A DNA stretch of 64,000 nt from Nemertoderma westbladi (Eukaryota; Animalia; Xenacoelomorpha), in contig JAUCBJ010006630.1 in NCBI GenBank assembly GCA_032718475.1, positions 1-64,000 of the forward strand, given 5' to 3'. Under the pieces are notes generated by a model. The model was not told the origin of the DNA. It was given only the letters and a program-made list of their open reading frames with translations, and searched no databases. The translations under genes and the position numbers were made by a program. Numbering within the stretch: position 1 is the first letter of the stretch; the number at the start of each line of letters is the position of its first letter. This document shows, piece by piece, positions 38,537 through 51,282 of the stretch.

Positions 38537-41500
38537 GCCTGGAGAGATCTGATTTCCAGATGGTATCCATTTTTGATAGAGCTACCCAAGCCTTTGCTTA
38601 CCTAACTTCTATGTCCTTTTTGCTACTCTCTATCCATCATCCAAGGTACTGGAAGTCGTCGACCTTCCTTAATTGATTATTATCAATGGTTGACAAGTTT
38701 CCATCAACATTAAAGGTCATGAATTCGGTCTTGGTAGCATTTATATGCAATCCAACCTCCTCAGCAGCTCTCTCCACTTTATTTAGTAGAATCTGTGCAT
38801 CTGCTAGCGCATTACAGAGCAGGGCGATGTCATTCACAAAGTCGGTGTCTGTGACCGTAGTTGCCGGATATCTACTACTTCTGCGTTCTTGAAGTGTGAA
38901 TCCCAGATATTCACCCTTTGTGGCCGTCCTCATTGCGTAATCCTGCACAATTACAAATAGTAATGGTGCTAATGTGTCACCTTGCAGTACGCCAGCCAGG
39001 ATTGAGAAAAACTCAGTTTCACCTTCTGCTGAGAGTACATGCGCTTCTGTGTCACAATATAACAATCCAATGCCAGCAACAATTACTTCTGGTATTCCAT
39101 AAGCTCTTAGGATTTCAAGCATTTTACCTCTATGGATGGAGTCGAATGCCTTTTTGAAGTCCGCAAAAGTCATGACTGCGGGGAGATTTTTTGACTTAAT
39201 TCCTTCAATCAGTCTTCGTAGGGCAAGTATCTGAGCTATTGTTGATCTACTTGGTCGAAATCCGTCTTGGCTCCTACGCAGTAGTTTCTCTATGTGAGGC
39301 CTAATCCTATATAGAATCATTTTATTGTATATTTTGGCAGCTACCACAAGCAGACAGAACCACAATAGTTTATTGGTATGCCGAGGTCTCCTTTCTTGGG
39401 GAGAGGCTTTAGTTGACCTTTACTCCAAATTGGTGGTGGCTTTTCCCCTTTTATCATCCGGTTGCAAACATTCAATAATGGTCTGTTTAGCACTCCAGTT
39501 TTCCATACCTCTGCTGGGATTCCATCTAATCCACTCGCTTTATTATTGGACATGCTTTTAATGCTTCTTTGGAGTTCGGCAGGTGTGAAGGCCCCTGTTT
39601 CTATAGGTAGTGAGTGTCTTGTCATATATTTTCCTTGTGGGCTGATTTTGATGTTTGGTGGCTGCCCAAGCAAGTGGCTGAAGTGATTTTTCCACTTCCC
39701 AACACGTTCTTCAGGACTATCGGCTTTGAGGCGCCCCTTTGCACAACTTTTCCGACCAGATACCTCATTTACAGTTTGCCAGGTAAATCTTGATTGTTGC
39801 TGTATGTGAGCAGGTTTAGTTGCTTCAATTTTATCCTGTATGTACTTTTCCTGGCTGATGTTGTAGGCCAATTTAAGATCGTCCTTAGCTTTCTCAACCT
39901 TGTTAATTTTTTTGGTTGTTGGTTGTTTGGTTCTCACTTTGTAGACTATCTTAAGATCTTCTCTCTTACAAGTAACCTCAGAGTTTTGCCATGGCACATA
40001 CAGTTTTCGTTTGGGTTTCTGGGGGATATGCTTCTTAGCTGATTCCTTGTGGTCTGTTATATTCTGGCATATTGAATCAGTGGACTGGTCTTCATCCGTT
40101 GACTGAAGTGCTTCAAAGCGGTTTTGAACTTCTATTGTGTAAGCATCCTTTACAGCATTGTCAGTTCTGAGTTTCTCCCAGTCATAGTTGATTTGCTTGC
40201 TCGTCCCGGGCCTGCTGGCTCTCAAACTGAGTCTGATCTCTGCAGTCACAATTCTGTGGTCCGAACCAACTAGTTTGAATGAGCTGTATGCCTCGCATGC
40301 AGTTGATCATGCTGTTTCTCCACTTTTTGTTTATAAGGATGTAATCTAGTTGTGCTTTGGTTCCATTAGGGTATTGAAAGGTCCATAGCTTCCCCTTACT
40401 ATTTTCGAATGTGTTGTTTGTTGGTATCAATTCGCATTCTTTCATTAGGTCTAAAAGTAAGTAACCATTTCTGTTAGAACTGGTGTTATATGTGTAACCC
40501 TTGATGTATTCTGGGCCAATTTGCACATTCGGGTCACCAGCAATGACTTTAACATCGTGTTTCGGAATGTCCTTTATAAGTCCAGTCAGGGTTCTTCATA
40601 ATACTTAACTGCTTGTTCTGGCTCTCAGGCATTGGTTGGACTGTAGCAACATATAACTGTTGCCTTGGGATTCCCATCAAATGTTGCGATCATAACCCTG
40701 GAATTTATAGATTCGATGTTGTTTAGGGTCTTAAGTGCAAATGGGCTTAGCAGAATTCCTACTCCACCAATTGATGCATTGGCCGAGTTTCTTACTACTG
40801 AGCTTGTTACTAACGTCCATCCATTTCCAATGTCATTGTACTTCATGGCAGTGTCTTCGTGAGAAATCCGATGTTCTTGGAAGCAGATGACGTTGATGTT
40901 ATATTCCATTGCCATAGCAACCATGTCACCCTTTGGTATGTGCTTTCAGCGTGGGTGCGTTCATTGTAGCCGGTATTTCTCCTGGAGGGTTCTCATACTC
41001 ATATCTTTCAGTTGTGAGAGTAAATCGCTTGTGGTCGCAACTCCTACAAGCGTCTTCGCAGTAGGTCGCCGTTGGTTGATTACCTTCCACCGACCTTGTC
41101 AGCATGTCTAGCTGTTGGTTTGTTCGCGCTTTTAAGACCTTTGGCAGTTTAACCCGCCAAATCTATATGTCTTCTAGGTTATAAATCGACTTTAGCCTAT
41201 GACAAGTATTTGACAAAAATAAATCCAACATTAGCCGAAGCCAGTCTATGCGCAACCATTCACCCGCTGGATATACCCGGGAGACTGGATTCGGATGCTT
41301 TAATTTGATTGCGGTGCAGGCCTACCGTACTATTCGATTGATCGTTAATATAATTCCTGACAAATATCATTCACTTTCGGGAAATATTAGCAGTTCCTTT
41401 AGGATGTGGCGCTCTATCTATATAAACAGAGCTATGGCTTACACTAAACACAACGGAATGGATTATAAGTTACACATAAGGCGCATTCTTTAGGAGATGC

Positions 41501-41788
41501 TTTGTTACGCGGACAAGCACATACAGACTATTGCACACCGCTGCACACTGAATTGCCGATAGTCACTGATTTTAATCATATATAAAGAGAATAGCAACCG
41601 ACATTTGTAGGGCCTATAAAATAGCATTCAATTCACTACAAACCACGATAATATAAGTCGCAATTGCTATATGTAACCGGTCTCTCTAACCTTAGTGTAT
41701 CAAGAAGATCGGGGTTTCTGATCGTTTATCGTTATTCTCCAAATAACAATATGTAAACAACTGATACAATTAATAACAAACAGTAAAA

Positions 41789-41870
41789 GGTACCGTACCG
41801 TACCGTACCATACCGTACCGTACCGTACCGTACCGTACCGTACCGTACCGTACCGTACCGTACCGTACCG
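41789..41870. repeat. (GTACC)n microsatellite in the E2 3' LTR
   Basis: About 16 units. Confidence 0.95.
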
Positions 41871-42389
41871 GTAACAGTTATGTGTTCTTATAATTAAAGC
41901 CGTTCTAATGTTGGAATAATTCAGAATAATCCTATAGCCGATGTTCTAGGCTCTGGAAAAACCATCACACTGAACCCTGTGAGCTGTTGCAGGTAGCTTT
42001 CAACACAAAGAGGAAAAGCTCTCATTGGCAGAGTTCCATATTCCACAGATTCCACGAATGTCTAAATGCCGAACTATTCGGGTTTTTGCAGCCCTTAGCC
42101 AACACACAGGATGAATCACTCTGCTTGGTTGACCTTGCTCTGGTTGGTTGATCGAACAGAACAAAGAGGCCATACATACAGCAAATCAGCCAATTATCCG
42201 GTAGCTTGTATCATTTGAGTTAGGGAGTTTTTCTTTAGAGTATTTGAGCGCATTGAGGGAAACTGGATTGCGAAGCAAAAGGGCCAGTTATATCCCACAA
42301 AAGCTTTTACACCGCTCCCAGAAAATGGGATTTAATTCTATAAAATATAAAAAATCACAGTTTCTAAAATATAAAAATACTCTAAACAG

Positions 42390-43939
42390 TTAGTCTTTCT
42401 TGCGTGGACGGCGTTTACGCAGTTTTTTAAAGCTAGCAAGAGTCCTTTTCTCTTTGGGGGGAGCCACTTTACTAGGAGGGCCATAACTCCTGGGTGAAGG
42501 GTGCAATATGATTGCATCAGAAGGTGTAGGATTATGGTCGGGGTATCCGCCGTTTCGATATGCTTCTCCTCAAGCTGATTTTCCTCCGCTCGTAGCTGGA
42601 TACGTTCATCCAAAAACTCTCGCAGAGAATAGGGTCGTCCAAGTTCGATATCTTCTCAGAGATTCTGGACTTCCCGATCGAACTGAGATAAAGTTAATTC
42701 GTTTACCGCTTGGACCCGCTGCCGCAATTTACGTTTCTCTAAACAATTGTAGGTTCATTTTCCGATCTTTTGACGAATAGTGTCCAACGCATCTCGTACA
42801 ACTCTCTCCTCTGCCTCAGTGACAGGTTGTATCGGGTTAAGCCGGGACGATGGTAAGGGTGAAACGGCGATATTAAATGTCCGTGTCCCAATCCAGCTAG
42901 GTAGGATGGGCTAATATCTAGGAAGCCCACAACCGGGGTGCCACCGACTAATTGTTCAGGCAACACCAGATCTTTGAACAGTGAGTACAGCTCGGGAGGA
43001 TCCTTCATACTAATAGGATCAAGAGTCTGAGGTCTCACTAGGGAATGATGAGGTCTGATTGAGTATTCCGGAACTCTGATCATCGGTTTATTTAAGGATC
43101 GTCTGAGTCGAACGAGCGTAGGTGATAGGTCAAACAAATTTCGCTCGAAACTCCCGCAAGTATAGCGAGTAAAACCGTGTTTAGTGCAACGTCTCCGTGG
43201 ATGTTTAGGTCTTTCCGTTTGTTGGTTGGGTCTAGGGCATTCATCGCAATAATACCAAAGACGCACGTCTTGTAGGGGAGACGCGAGTGATCTTTCTCCA
43301 GCTTACAATATTCCTCCATCTGTTCGAAGCTATCCGGTACAACAGGTAGCGGTCGATCGGCGGTAAGATACATCATAGTGGAATAGAGCCGTTTGAGTTC
43401 TACCATGCCTTGTATATCTTGAGATCTATATCTTGTATATCATGTATACCTTGAGGATATCAAGTTTCTAGATTCTGTTGACTGGTAATATCGAGATATG
43501 TTTCTCTCAAGAATTCCAGATATTTTGGTGAAGTCGCTGCGTTTATCCGGCTCTTCAACATCTTCACTTTCGAGTCGGTTTCGAATAGAATTTTCGTGTT
43601 CGAGTCTCAGTTTATCGTTCCGCTTCTGCTGGGTATGATATATAAATAAAACCATTTCTCTTTTGGTGTCTATATCGTTCGTATCGTGTAGGTCGATAGG
43701 ATGACCAGTAGTTAAGAAGTCCATATACGTACCATTTACGACGCGCACAGCGAGCGGTGATTTTTCTACAGTCCAACCCAGGACATTGCTCCCGGGACAT
43801 TGGCGGTTAGATATAACGACCATCGTCCTCCGTAGTAGTTGGACCAGCGTCGCCGCGTATCAAGCTATCAACAAACGCTTGTAAAGGTAGAGTATATCGC
43901 TCCCTGATACCAAGATCATCTTCTATCAACTCAATCATA
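42390..43939 (-). pseudogene. E2 accessory region: module X, module A (CxxC...CxxH) and basic tail; frameshifted
   Basis: MIELIEDDLGIRE..., NGTYMDFLTTGHPIDLHDT, RLWYYCDEC...RRCTKH; the tail is shared with E3. Confidence 0.6.
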
Positions 43940-45574
43940 TCTGCTATATAAGTTTATCCATATTATAATGAGTTTATATTTAGGCGAGCGGGCGTCGCTG
44001 CCTACCCCTCTCTGCCCCCAGACAGTGCGAGATCCTCAGCGCTGGTGTACTTTCGCCGATGTGCCTATCGCCAACGTCGTAGCTGCACAACGACTACAAC
44101 AACCAGCACGAGTCACTCCACCGTCCGTCCCAAAGGCATAGATATACTTCAGGTTCTTACTGGAGAGTTAGGGCTACTTTTACAATTGCGACTCGCTACT
44201 GTAAACACACCTTAGTAGTAACATTCACCTACAAACGCACAAATTCCACGTAACTGTCTCAAATGGTACACATTCTATCACACATTCGGGTCATTTGTCC
44301 GTTAGTGCCTTCCAGAATGTCACGTTGTTATTATGTATCCTTGGATACTAGCGGTGTGCTATTTATTCCGTATGCTATTCAATGAGCAAGCTTTTTATTG
44401 TTCTGTTAACTCGCTTCTAATTCTAGCGTGGTTGTTGCTATGGTGACATTATGGAAAGCTAGCGGTAGAATTAGGGTAATTCTCATGCATACAGATCTGG
44501 GATGCTATTTAATAGTAAGTCTTTAATGGTCAATATCATCTTTATATATGATTTTATGAATTTTATCGGCTATTGACTCTATATTGGAGATTCTCGCACA
44601 CTAATACACTTAATAGGTGAATCTCCGCTCCCATGATCTATTAATTAATGGAATTTTGGGAATATTAAAAATTGTATAAAATAACAATTTATCAAATTCA
44701 TTAAAAGATGAATTTAAATTTATTCCCGTAATTTTATTATTTAATATTAAATAGACACAATTTTATTCCAGAGCAAGTCTGGGGACTGGGATCCTTGATT
44801 CTAGGGATTTGTCCTTTTAAGAGTATCGGTAAGTGCTACGATATCTTAATCGACTAGAATTTTAAAGGATCTGAAATTTGACAGATTTTATAAATATTAA
44901 TAATTAATATTTAGGATGGGCACAAGTTTATTCCAGAACAAGTCTGGGGACGTTAACCACTGATTCTAGAAATTTGTCTTTCAAGTATATCGGTGGGTGC
45001 CGCGATATCTTAATCGACTAGAATTGCAGATGGTCAAAGGGTTTAACAGATTTATTTTGCGTTTTACGCTACTGTTAAAGGGACATCACGCTACTATATG
45101 TATTATTTAATATACGGTATGAGAGCAATATCGCACGAAGCAATGTCAGTGTGAAGAGGCAAGTCGTTTCCAAGGTCTACCCAGAGCTTGGTTTAGCCGA
45201 GACACGAGGATCTGAACTTTGCATTCCTAATACTCTGCCTACCAATAATACTTGAATATAGTAGGAGCTTTATTGTACTTTAATAAGTACAAACATTTCA
45301 TCTTACTGTAGTTACGTATTTGTAATGTAATACGGACAGTAAGGAAAGAGAAAAAAGAATTATTTCTCGCCGTCGCACTAAATATATAATATATAAGTAA
45401 TTAAGTAATAAACGCGAATATATATTGCACTAATCTACTAAATAATCGCTAAATAACATTCCACTAAATAAAATTAAATAAAACGATTATAATAAAATTA
45501 CATAATAATACATACATAAATATAAAATAATAAGAATGTAAAATAATATGGTCACACACCCACTCCATATGTTG

Positions 45575-47866
45575 TTATGTTATGGAGTCCCTAGATATTT
45601 GTCGGATTAGGGAAGTGGTCGTGGGAAGAGTATCTTGCCTTCCATAGTTTCCGGACAGTTTTCGGTCTCTTTCCAGTAAACATAAACGACCAGCTGGGCG
45701 ATTGAGTTGTTGTGTTACTTTCTCCGCTCCCTTGGCCTGTCTAATCTCAGCCGGGTTAAGGTGGGGAGGCCATTCATCTTCTTTACTTAGGAAGTCGGGT
45801 TCACCTAACCAGTCTGGAGTATCTGTCAGTTCTTGAGGAGTTGCTCCTCTGGAGGCGATGTCGGCTAGATTAATCGTCTCGGGGCAATGTCTCCATTGAT
45901 CTACATTGGAGTTGATGTCGTCATTATCTGAGGAGTATGATCTTCCCTCAGTTGGATCGTCTAACACACTGCTCTCATCTTCCCATTCTCTTACTTGATA
46001 TACCTGATCTTTCAGTAATCTTTCCATGAGAGTTCTACGGGAAGGGCCAGTAAAGTACCAACCCACTCTAGTTCTTCCCGCATAAGCTTGTAGTGGTTGC
46101 GGTTGAGCAGGCCGTTTCTCCAATGTCTCGAGCACTTCATGCGCATTTTGACCGATGAGTATTTGGACTCCAGGGAAATCGGTGTTGAATCCAGGTATTT
46201 CAAGCTGCGGGGTGAAGTCGTCCTCATCCCAGTTATAAGGTTCCACTTGGCTGGTAGCGAAGTTCTTTATCGCTACCATTTTCACTGACCTTATGCTGTG
46301 TTCTCCTAGTTCATCCTGGGGGGTGGACAACGCGCCTACATAATAATCCGCTATTACGGTAGATTTCCAAACCTGCATAATTCCTGACATGTTTAACTTA
46401 GTTCGGAACTTGGGTTGTCCAGCAAAGATGTCTTTGGCTAGATATTTGTCGATGAATGTTCCTGTGCTACAGGAGTCAAGGAGGGCATTCACTATATAAC
46501 TCCTTTTAGGTCCGTGGACCCTTAACTGTACTACAGGAAATTCTCGGATTCCTACATTGGAAGTTGGTGCTTTCCAAGATGGTTGTCGATCAGAAGTAGT
46601 TAGGGGGAGCTCACTGTCGGTTTCCTTCTCATACGTAAGTGCTCGATACACTGCAGTATTTATTAAGTAACAGGATTCGTTTTCGTCTGAGAATTCGTCC
46701 ATATAGAATCCTTCCATTTCAGAACTTTGGTCGGAGAATTCGTCCGTATAGAATCCTTCTATCTCAGAACTTTGGTCAGTGTCGTTCACATCACTGAATT
46801 GGACATGTAGTTCGGACTCACTTACCTGACTCGGGTTGTTTCTTTCGAATTTGGTGTGCAACAAGATATGATGTTTCGCGCCGCACTTAGCACACCTCGC
46901 GTCGGAGTAACAGGTTCGCCGTTGGTGTCCTCGTCTGAGGCAATTATAACACAACCGCTTATCCCACATGACTTCACGTCTATCTTTTAATGATTTCTTT
47001 AGGAATTCATCACACACATTTAAACGGTGGGGCCCGTCGCACAACACACATTTGGGCTTGATGTTACTTACTTTAACATGTGCTGTATGGTGCGCACTCG
47101 TTCTTTCCTCGGGCTTTCTTACATGAATTCTCTTAGGAGATGTAGGAGGAGTTTTTCTTACCTGTTCTCTCCTGTCATTGGTTCGAGACTTGAATTTACT
47201 TACGTCCTTTGGGGTTTTATTGTCATAGTAAGATCTTTCAGTGTCTTTCCCGCTGTCTTCCTCTTGAGAAGCCTGGCTTTCGCCGTCGTCTGTATAACAC
47301 ACTGGTATTACTTTTCTCCTAGAAATGGGTTTCTCACTTACCTTATTTTCCGGTGTCTTCTCTCTGGACTGCTTTAGGAGCTGTAATTTTACCTCTCCAT
47401 CTAAGAATGACATGAGATCAGCCATGGTAGGGTCTCGTCGTTGTTGTTCCATCATATATAACACTTTCTTGTCCCAGTGTGTACCTACTCTACCCTTGGG
47501 CAAAGTAGATGCTAAGGCTCCTACAACCATAGAATTCTGGTATTCATGAGACTTACCTAACCAATCTAGTTGTCTACAGATCTCCTGAATCTCGTCGGAA
47601 AACTCTATAATCCCGCTGCTAAGAAACTTTCGGGGCGCCATTAATTTTGCATACAAATACCTAGCTATGTTTGTCCTATTACCATACCTGATGTTTAGTG
47701 TATCCCAAACTTGTCTTAATCCATCTGGATGTCCAATAAACTTTAACGCCATTAACTTGGGAGGTCCTTCCAAACACTCGATGAGGAATCTAAGTTTCTC
47801 TCCGTTAGATAGTACAGAGTTCTGTATGTTATCTTTGTAATATTCATTAAAAGGTAACCATTTCAT
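45575..47866 (-). CDS. E2 gag-protease fused in frame to short RNase H and integrase C-terminal remnants
   Basis: EKLRFLIECLEG, three Cys/His knuckles (CVLCDGPHRLNVC, CYNCLRRGHQRRTC, CAKCGAKHHILLH), ALLDSCSTGTFI, WRHCPETINLADIASRG, RPAGRLCLLE. Confidence 0.9.
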   Translation of the reverse strand: MKWLPFNEYYKDNIQNSVLSNGEKLRFLIECLEGPPKLMALKFIGHPDGLRQVWDTLNIRYGNRTNIARYLYAKLMAPRKFLSSGIIEFSDEIQEICRQLDWLGKSHEYQNSMVVGALASTLPKGRVGTHWDKKVLYMMEQQRRDPTMADLMSFLDGEVKLQLLKQSREKTPENKVSEKPISRRKVIPVCYTDDGESQASQEEDSGKDTERSYYDNKTPKDVSKFKSRTNDRREQVRKTPPTSPKRIHVRKPEERTSAHHTAHVKVSNIKPKCVLCDGPHRLNVCDEFLKKSLKDRREVMWDKRLCYNCLRRGHQRRTCYSDARCAKCGAKHHILLHTKFERNNPSQVSESELHVQFSDVNDTDQSSEIEGFYTDEFSDQSSEMEGFYMDEFSDENESCYLINTAVYRALTYEKETDSELPLTTSDRQPSWKAPTSNVGIREFPVVQLRVHGPKRSYIVNALLDSCSTGTFIDKYLAKDIFAGQPKFRTKLNMSGIMQVWKSTVIADYYVGALSTPQDELGEHSIRSVKMVAIKNFATSQVEPYNWDEDDFTPQLEIPGFNTDFPGVQILIGQNAHEVLETLEKRPAQPQPLQAYAGRTRVGWYFTGPSRRTLMERLLKDQVYQVREWEDESSVLDDPTEGRSYSSDNDDINSNVDQWRHCPETINLADIASRGATPQELTDTPDWLGEPDFLSKEDEWPPHLNPAEIRQAKGAEKVTQQLNRPAGRLCLLERDRKLSGNYGRQDTLPTTTSLIRQISRDSIT

Positions 47867-49031
47867 CTCATCTCCATTGAACTTGACGATCTCTCCACCT
47901 TTACCGCTTGACGGGCTTTGGTTCTAGCCATTTGACGCGTAAAACTTTCTTGGGCCATCGTATTATTTAATATCGAATTATCGGTATATAAATTTCTCGG
48001 ATTATGATCAGGTCTATATGGAATATCATTGTCAACAGGTTTATAATTACCCTTAATAGGGTTTACTATAGGAGTTTCTACTTCACTAGCAGTATAGATA
48101 CGTGTAGGCTCCACACCTTGTGCATAAAATACTTCAGACCTAACAGGTTGACACATTGTTACAGAGGGTGGTGGTATACCCTTTTGTAAATTTACTAATT
48201 TATCGCGTTCTGACGCAATACTCTGCTGCACTTCTTGCAACGCTAACCTACACTCTCTTACTGCTCCCTTTAACTGCTGAACAGTCCCTTCCAACTCCCG
48301 GACCTGCTGGGAGGAACATTTACAATATTCCCTCAGCTGCCCGAGCAGGAGACCCATCTCCCGTCGTCCCTCAGCTACCCACTCGACCGCCGAAGCGGGA
48401 GTCGCCAACGTAGTAGCGGGCAAGCGAGAGACGACGGGCGATAAATTCTTGATATCTCGCTCAGCGTTCAGGGTGGGTTCGGACTCGGGAACAGTCCTAC
48501 TGGGCACAGGTAGTTTCGTGCTGTGCAAAGGGAATTTAGAGGTAGGTTCTGGGAGTACAGGTGTCTCTATCACCGAAGGGGTGGCTTCGAGAACAGGCCT
48601 ACTTATTTCAGGCTCATCTACTATAGTAGGGAGTCTTTCTATTGTAATAATTTGGTCTGTGGGTTCTGTACTACCTAAGTCTGTGCTAGCTAGTCTCACC
48701 GCAGGAGGCAAGTTAGGTAACTTGGACAGTGTGGCATTCTTCTACGCCTGCTTGAACGAGATTTATTACCTCTACTTTCGGGATCTCTTATATCACCTTC
48801 ATCGGAGGAGGCAAATCCCTGTCTTCTGGTTTGTCTCCTCAAGTCTGCTTCTGCCACTGCCTCTGCCGCTTTTCTTTCTGCTTCTGCCGCTGCTACTTTT
48901 CTTTCCGCTTCTGCAGCTGCCGCTGCTGCTGCTTTTCTGTCTACTATCCTTTCAAGACACTGTCCAAGTTGAAGACTCATTCTAACACCTTTCAAAAGAC
49001 TATCTGACAGTGCCCGTTTTGTGTCAGACAT
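47863..49031 (-). pseudogene. E2 gag N-terminus (Ala/Glu coiled coil, Pro-rich), frameshifted
   Basis: ORFs 48696-49031 and 47863-48711; homologous to E3 63482-64000. Confidence 0.75.
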
Positions 49032-50389
49032 ATTTGATTTGTACAGTCGAATGCCTACTGCTAGATTACAGTTAAAGCAAGTCTAGTAATTCAGTATCAA
49101 CTGTTAGCCTAGTAATTAATTACCAATACTGCTACTCAGTGTAGCATGATATATATAATATATTAGAATACCGGTATGCTTATAGTATATATATAAGTAT
49201 TATTACAGACTAGGTTTGTCACAGAATACCGGTATATAATTTTAGCACAAATATATAAATATATAATAGGCCTATCGTGAATACCGGTATACAGCTTACA
49301 CTTATAGTATATATAAGTATAATTATGGACTAGAATTAATTACAGAATACCGGTATAATTTCAGCCTAAATTTATTGAAATAAATATAATAAGCCTATTG
49401 TAAATACCGGTATGTCAATTATTTTAAAATAATTGAATTTCTGAATTTTAGGGGTTACTTGGTTACTTTACTTTACTTGATTACCGTTATTTAAGCAGTA
49501 GTCCAACTGACATTAAGACCTAATTGATGTATGGCAGGCCTACTATTTTATAAATTGGTTTGAGTTGATTTATAATATATATACCCGTATGAGGGGTTTT
49601 TGTTACAATATTGAAATATATGTTATTATTTCTGGGAAGTAATCACTACACAAAAGCTGTGCGCTCTCAGTGAAGTGCTACTTGTTGGACACTAAAACAA
49701 ATAATTATACTTTCCTAAGTTACTTATCTACGAATTACGTACAATACGGGTGAGATTACAATCTCTAAATAAACACAAAAAATTACAAATACACAAATAC
49801 AAATTTTCTAGGGTAATTTTACAGGAAGTCTACAAACCAGCCTAACAAAGGGTTAGAAATCTGGTTATTACAAACGGACAGGATACTACGGTATTTGAAA
49901 ATAACAAGCCGTAGTAAATATATTGCATTGTCCAGATAGGAAAATACCACCGTCTGACGACTTATAGCCGTATCGCTATAAGTACTACGTTATGTATCAC
50001 GGAGTGTCCCTACCTGGAAGTTAATTACCGCGGTCTACCAGAACCAACGTGCCTATTAACCACTTTACAACACAAATATACTGCCCACACACTAATTACC
50101 TTCGGAAAGCACTGTACACTAAACCCTAAATTAGGTACAAGTACTTGTACAACAAATAACCAGCAGTTAGAAATACTTGAACAGCTAAAAGAACCACGGC
50201 ATCTGCTGGAGTGACCGGTGCACAAAATCACCAGTCTTTACCTACGCCAAGCAGCCCTGATGTAGTACCGGGGTTAATTTAACTATAACGGTATGTATAA
50301 CAAGCACAATTACTGTAGGAATAAACTTGGGGATATGAAAGTTGCAAATAATCGCATAAACTCTGAATAATAAATATTACGCTACCCGT

Positions 50390-50948
50390 ACAAACTACTC
50401 AAACAAAATACAAACCAAACGCTGGCAGACTACTATCAAGCCTAAATAAATTACAGTATGTGCAGATTCCGAAATGGTTAGTTAGTATGCGTTCTAACCG
50501 AGTAGTACGACTTATTCTTTCGAGGGGGATTTACCTTACAGCTCTGGCTGCCCCTACTTTCCTAACCGGCACTTTATCGGACATACACTCTACACACACC
50601 ACAATCTCTTCAGACCTAACAACAGCCAGACAACAATCTAGCCTACAAATTATCTGAATAAGAAATATTACGGTACCTGTACAGACTACACAAACAAAGT
50701 ACAGACCAAACGCTGGTAGACTACTATCAAGCCTAAATAAACTACAGGACATGCAGACTCCGAAATGGTTAGTTAGTATGCGTTCTAACCGAGTAGTATG
50801 ACTTATTCTTTCGAGGGGGATTTACCTTACAGCTCTGGCTGCCCCTACTTTCCTAACCGGCACTTTATCGGACATACACTCTACATGCACTGCAATCCAT
50901 TCAGACCTAACAACAATCAGACAACAGTTTAGCCTACAAATTATCTGT
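50390..50948. repeat. ~298-bp tandem duplication in the E2 leader
   Basis: CCAAACGCTGG...CCGAAATGGTTAGTTAGTATGCG...GCCTACAAATTATCTG occurs twice. Confidence 0.9.
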
Positions 50949-51282
50949 ACGATCTGAGCAGACTTACACGCCTTCTGCTCAATATTAGCCTACTAGTAAA
51001 TAAAACTGACAGAAATAAGTAAACCATGCAAAGGAATAAGGGGTGATCAATCCCTAATCCCCTAACAGCCTACAATATACAATATATCACAATTGAAATA
51101 ATACTGATGTACCTATACTGCTGTAAGTGCCGGTTCCGGTGGTTAGGTAGTTAGGCCTACAGGTTACCGGTCGACCGGTACTTCAGCTTTATTGCTTACG
51201 GCAATAAAGAAGCAATAACCGTTATTGTTCTTACCAGAACAATAGTAAACTGTATTTATTGCCTACACTGCAATCAGAATTA

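Larger units (their letters stand above)
35750..41120 (-). mobile_element. RTE-like LINE (APE endonuclease + RT), degenerate and interrupted
   Basis: ICFQEHR, GGVGILLS, CYSPTN, QLDYILIN, GLDGIPAE, DFKKAFDSI, GVLQGDTLAP, FQYLG, RLRFSGHCWR; (TAG)n tail at 35750-35766; upstream part continues at 52817. Confidence 0.9.

Noticed and set aside
44025-44060. Minus-strand CGAAA...CTGAGGA as a type II hammerhead
   Set aside because: Too little sequence for stems III and I; GAAA is absent from the E3 homolog.
45715-45920. E2 (and E3) internal deletions as spliced-out introns
   Set aside because: Comparison with the sister element shows no GT...AG at the deletion ends.
47863-47866. ATGA stop-start translational coupling in E2 gag
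   Set aside because: The downstream frame reads EIVKFNGDEMKW, a normal gag core, upstream of the ATG, so this is better explained as a frameshift mutation.
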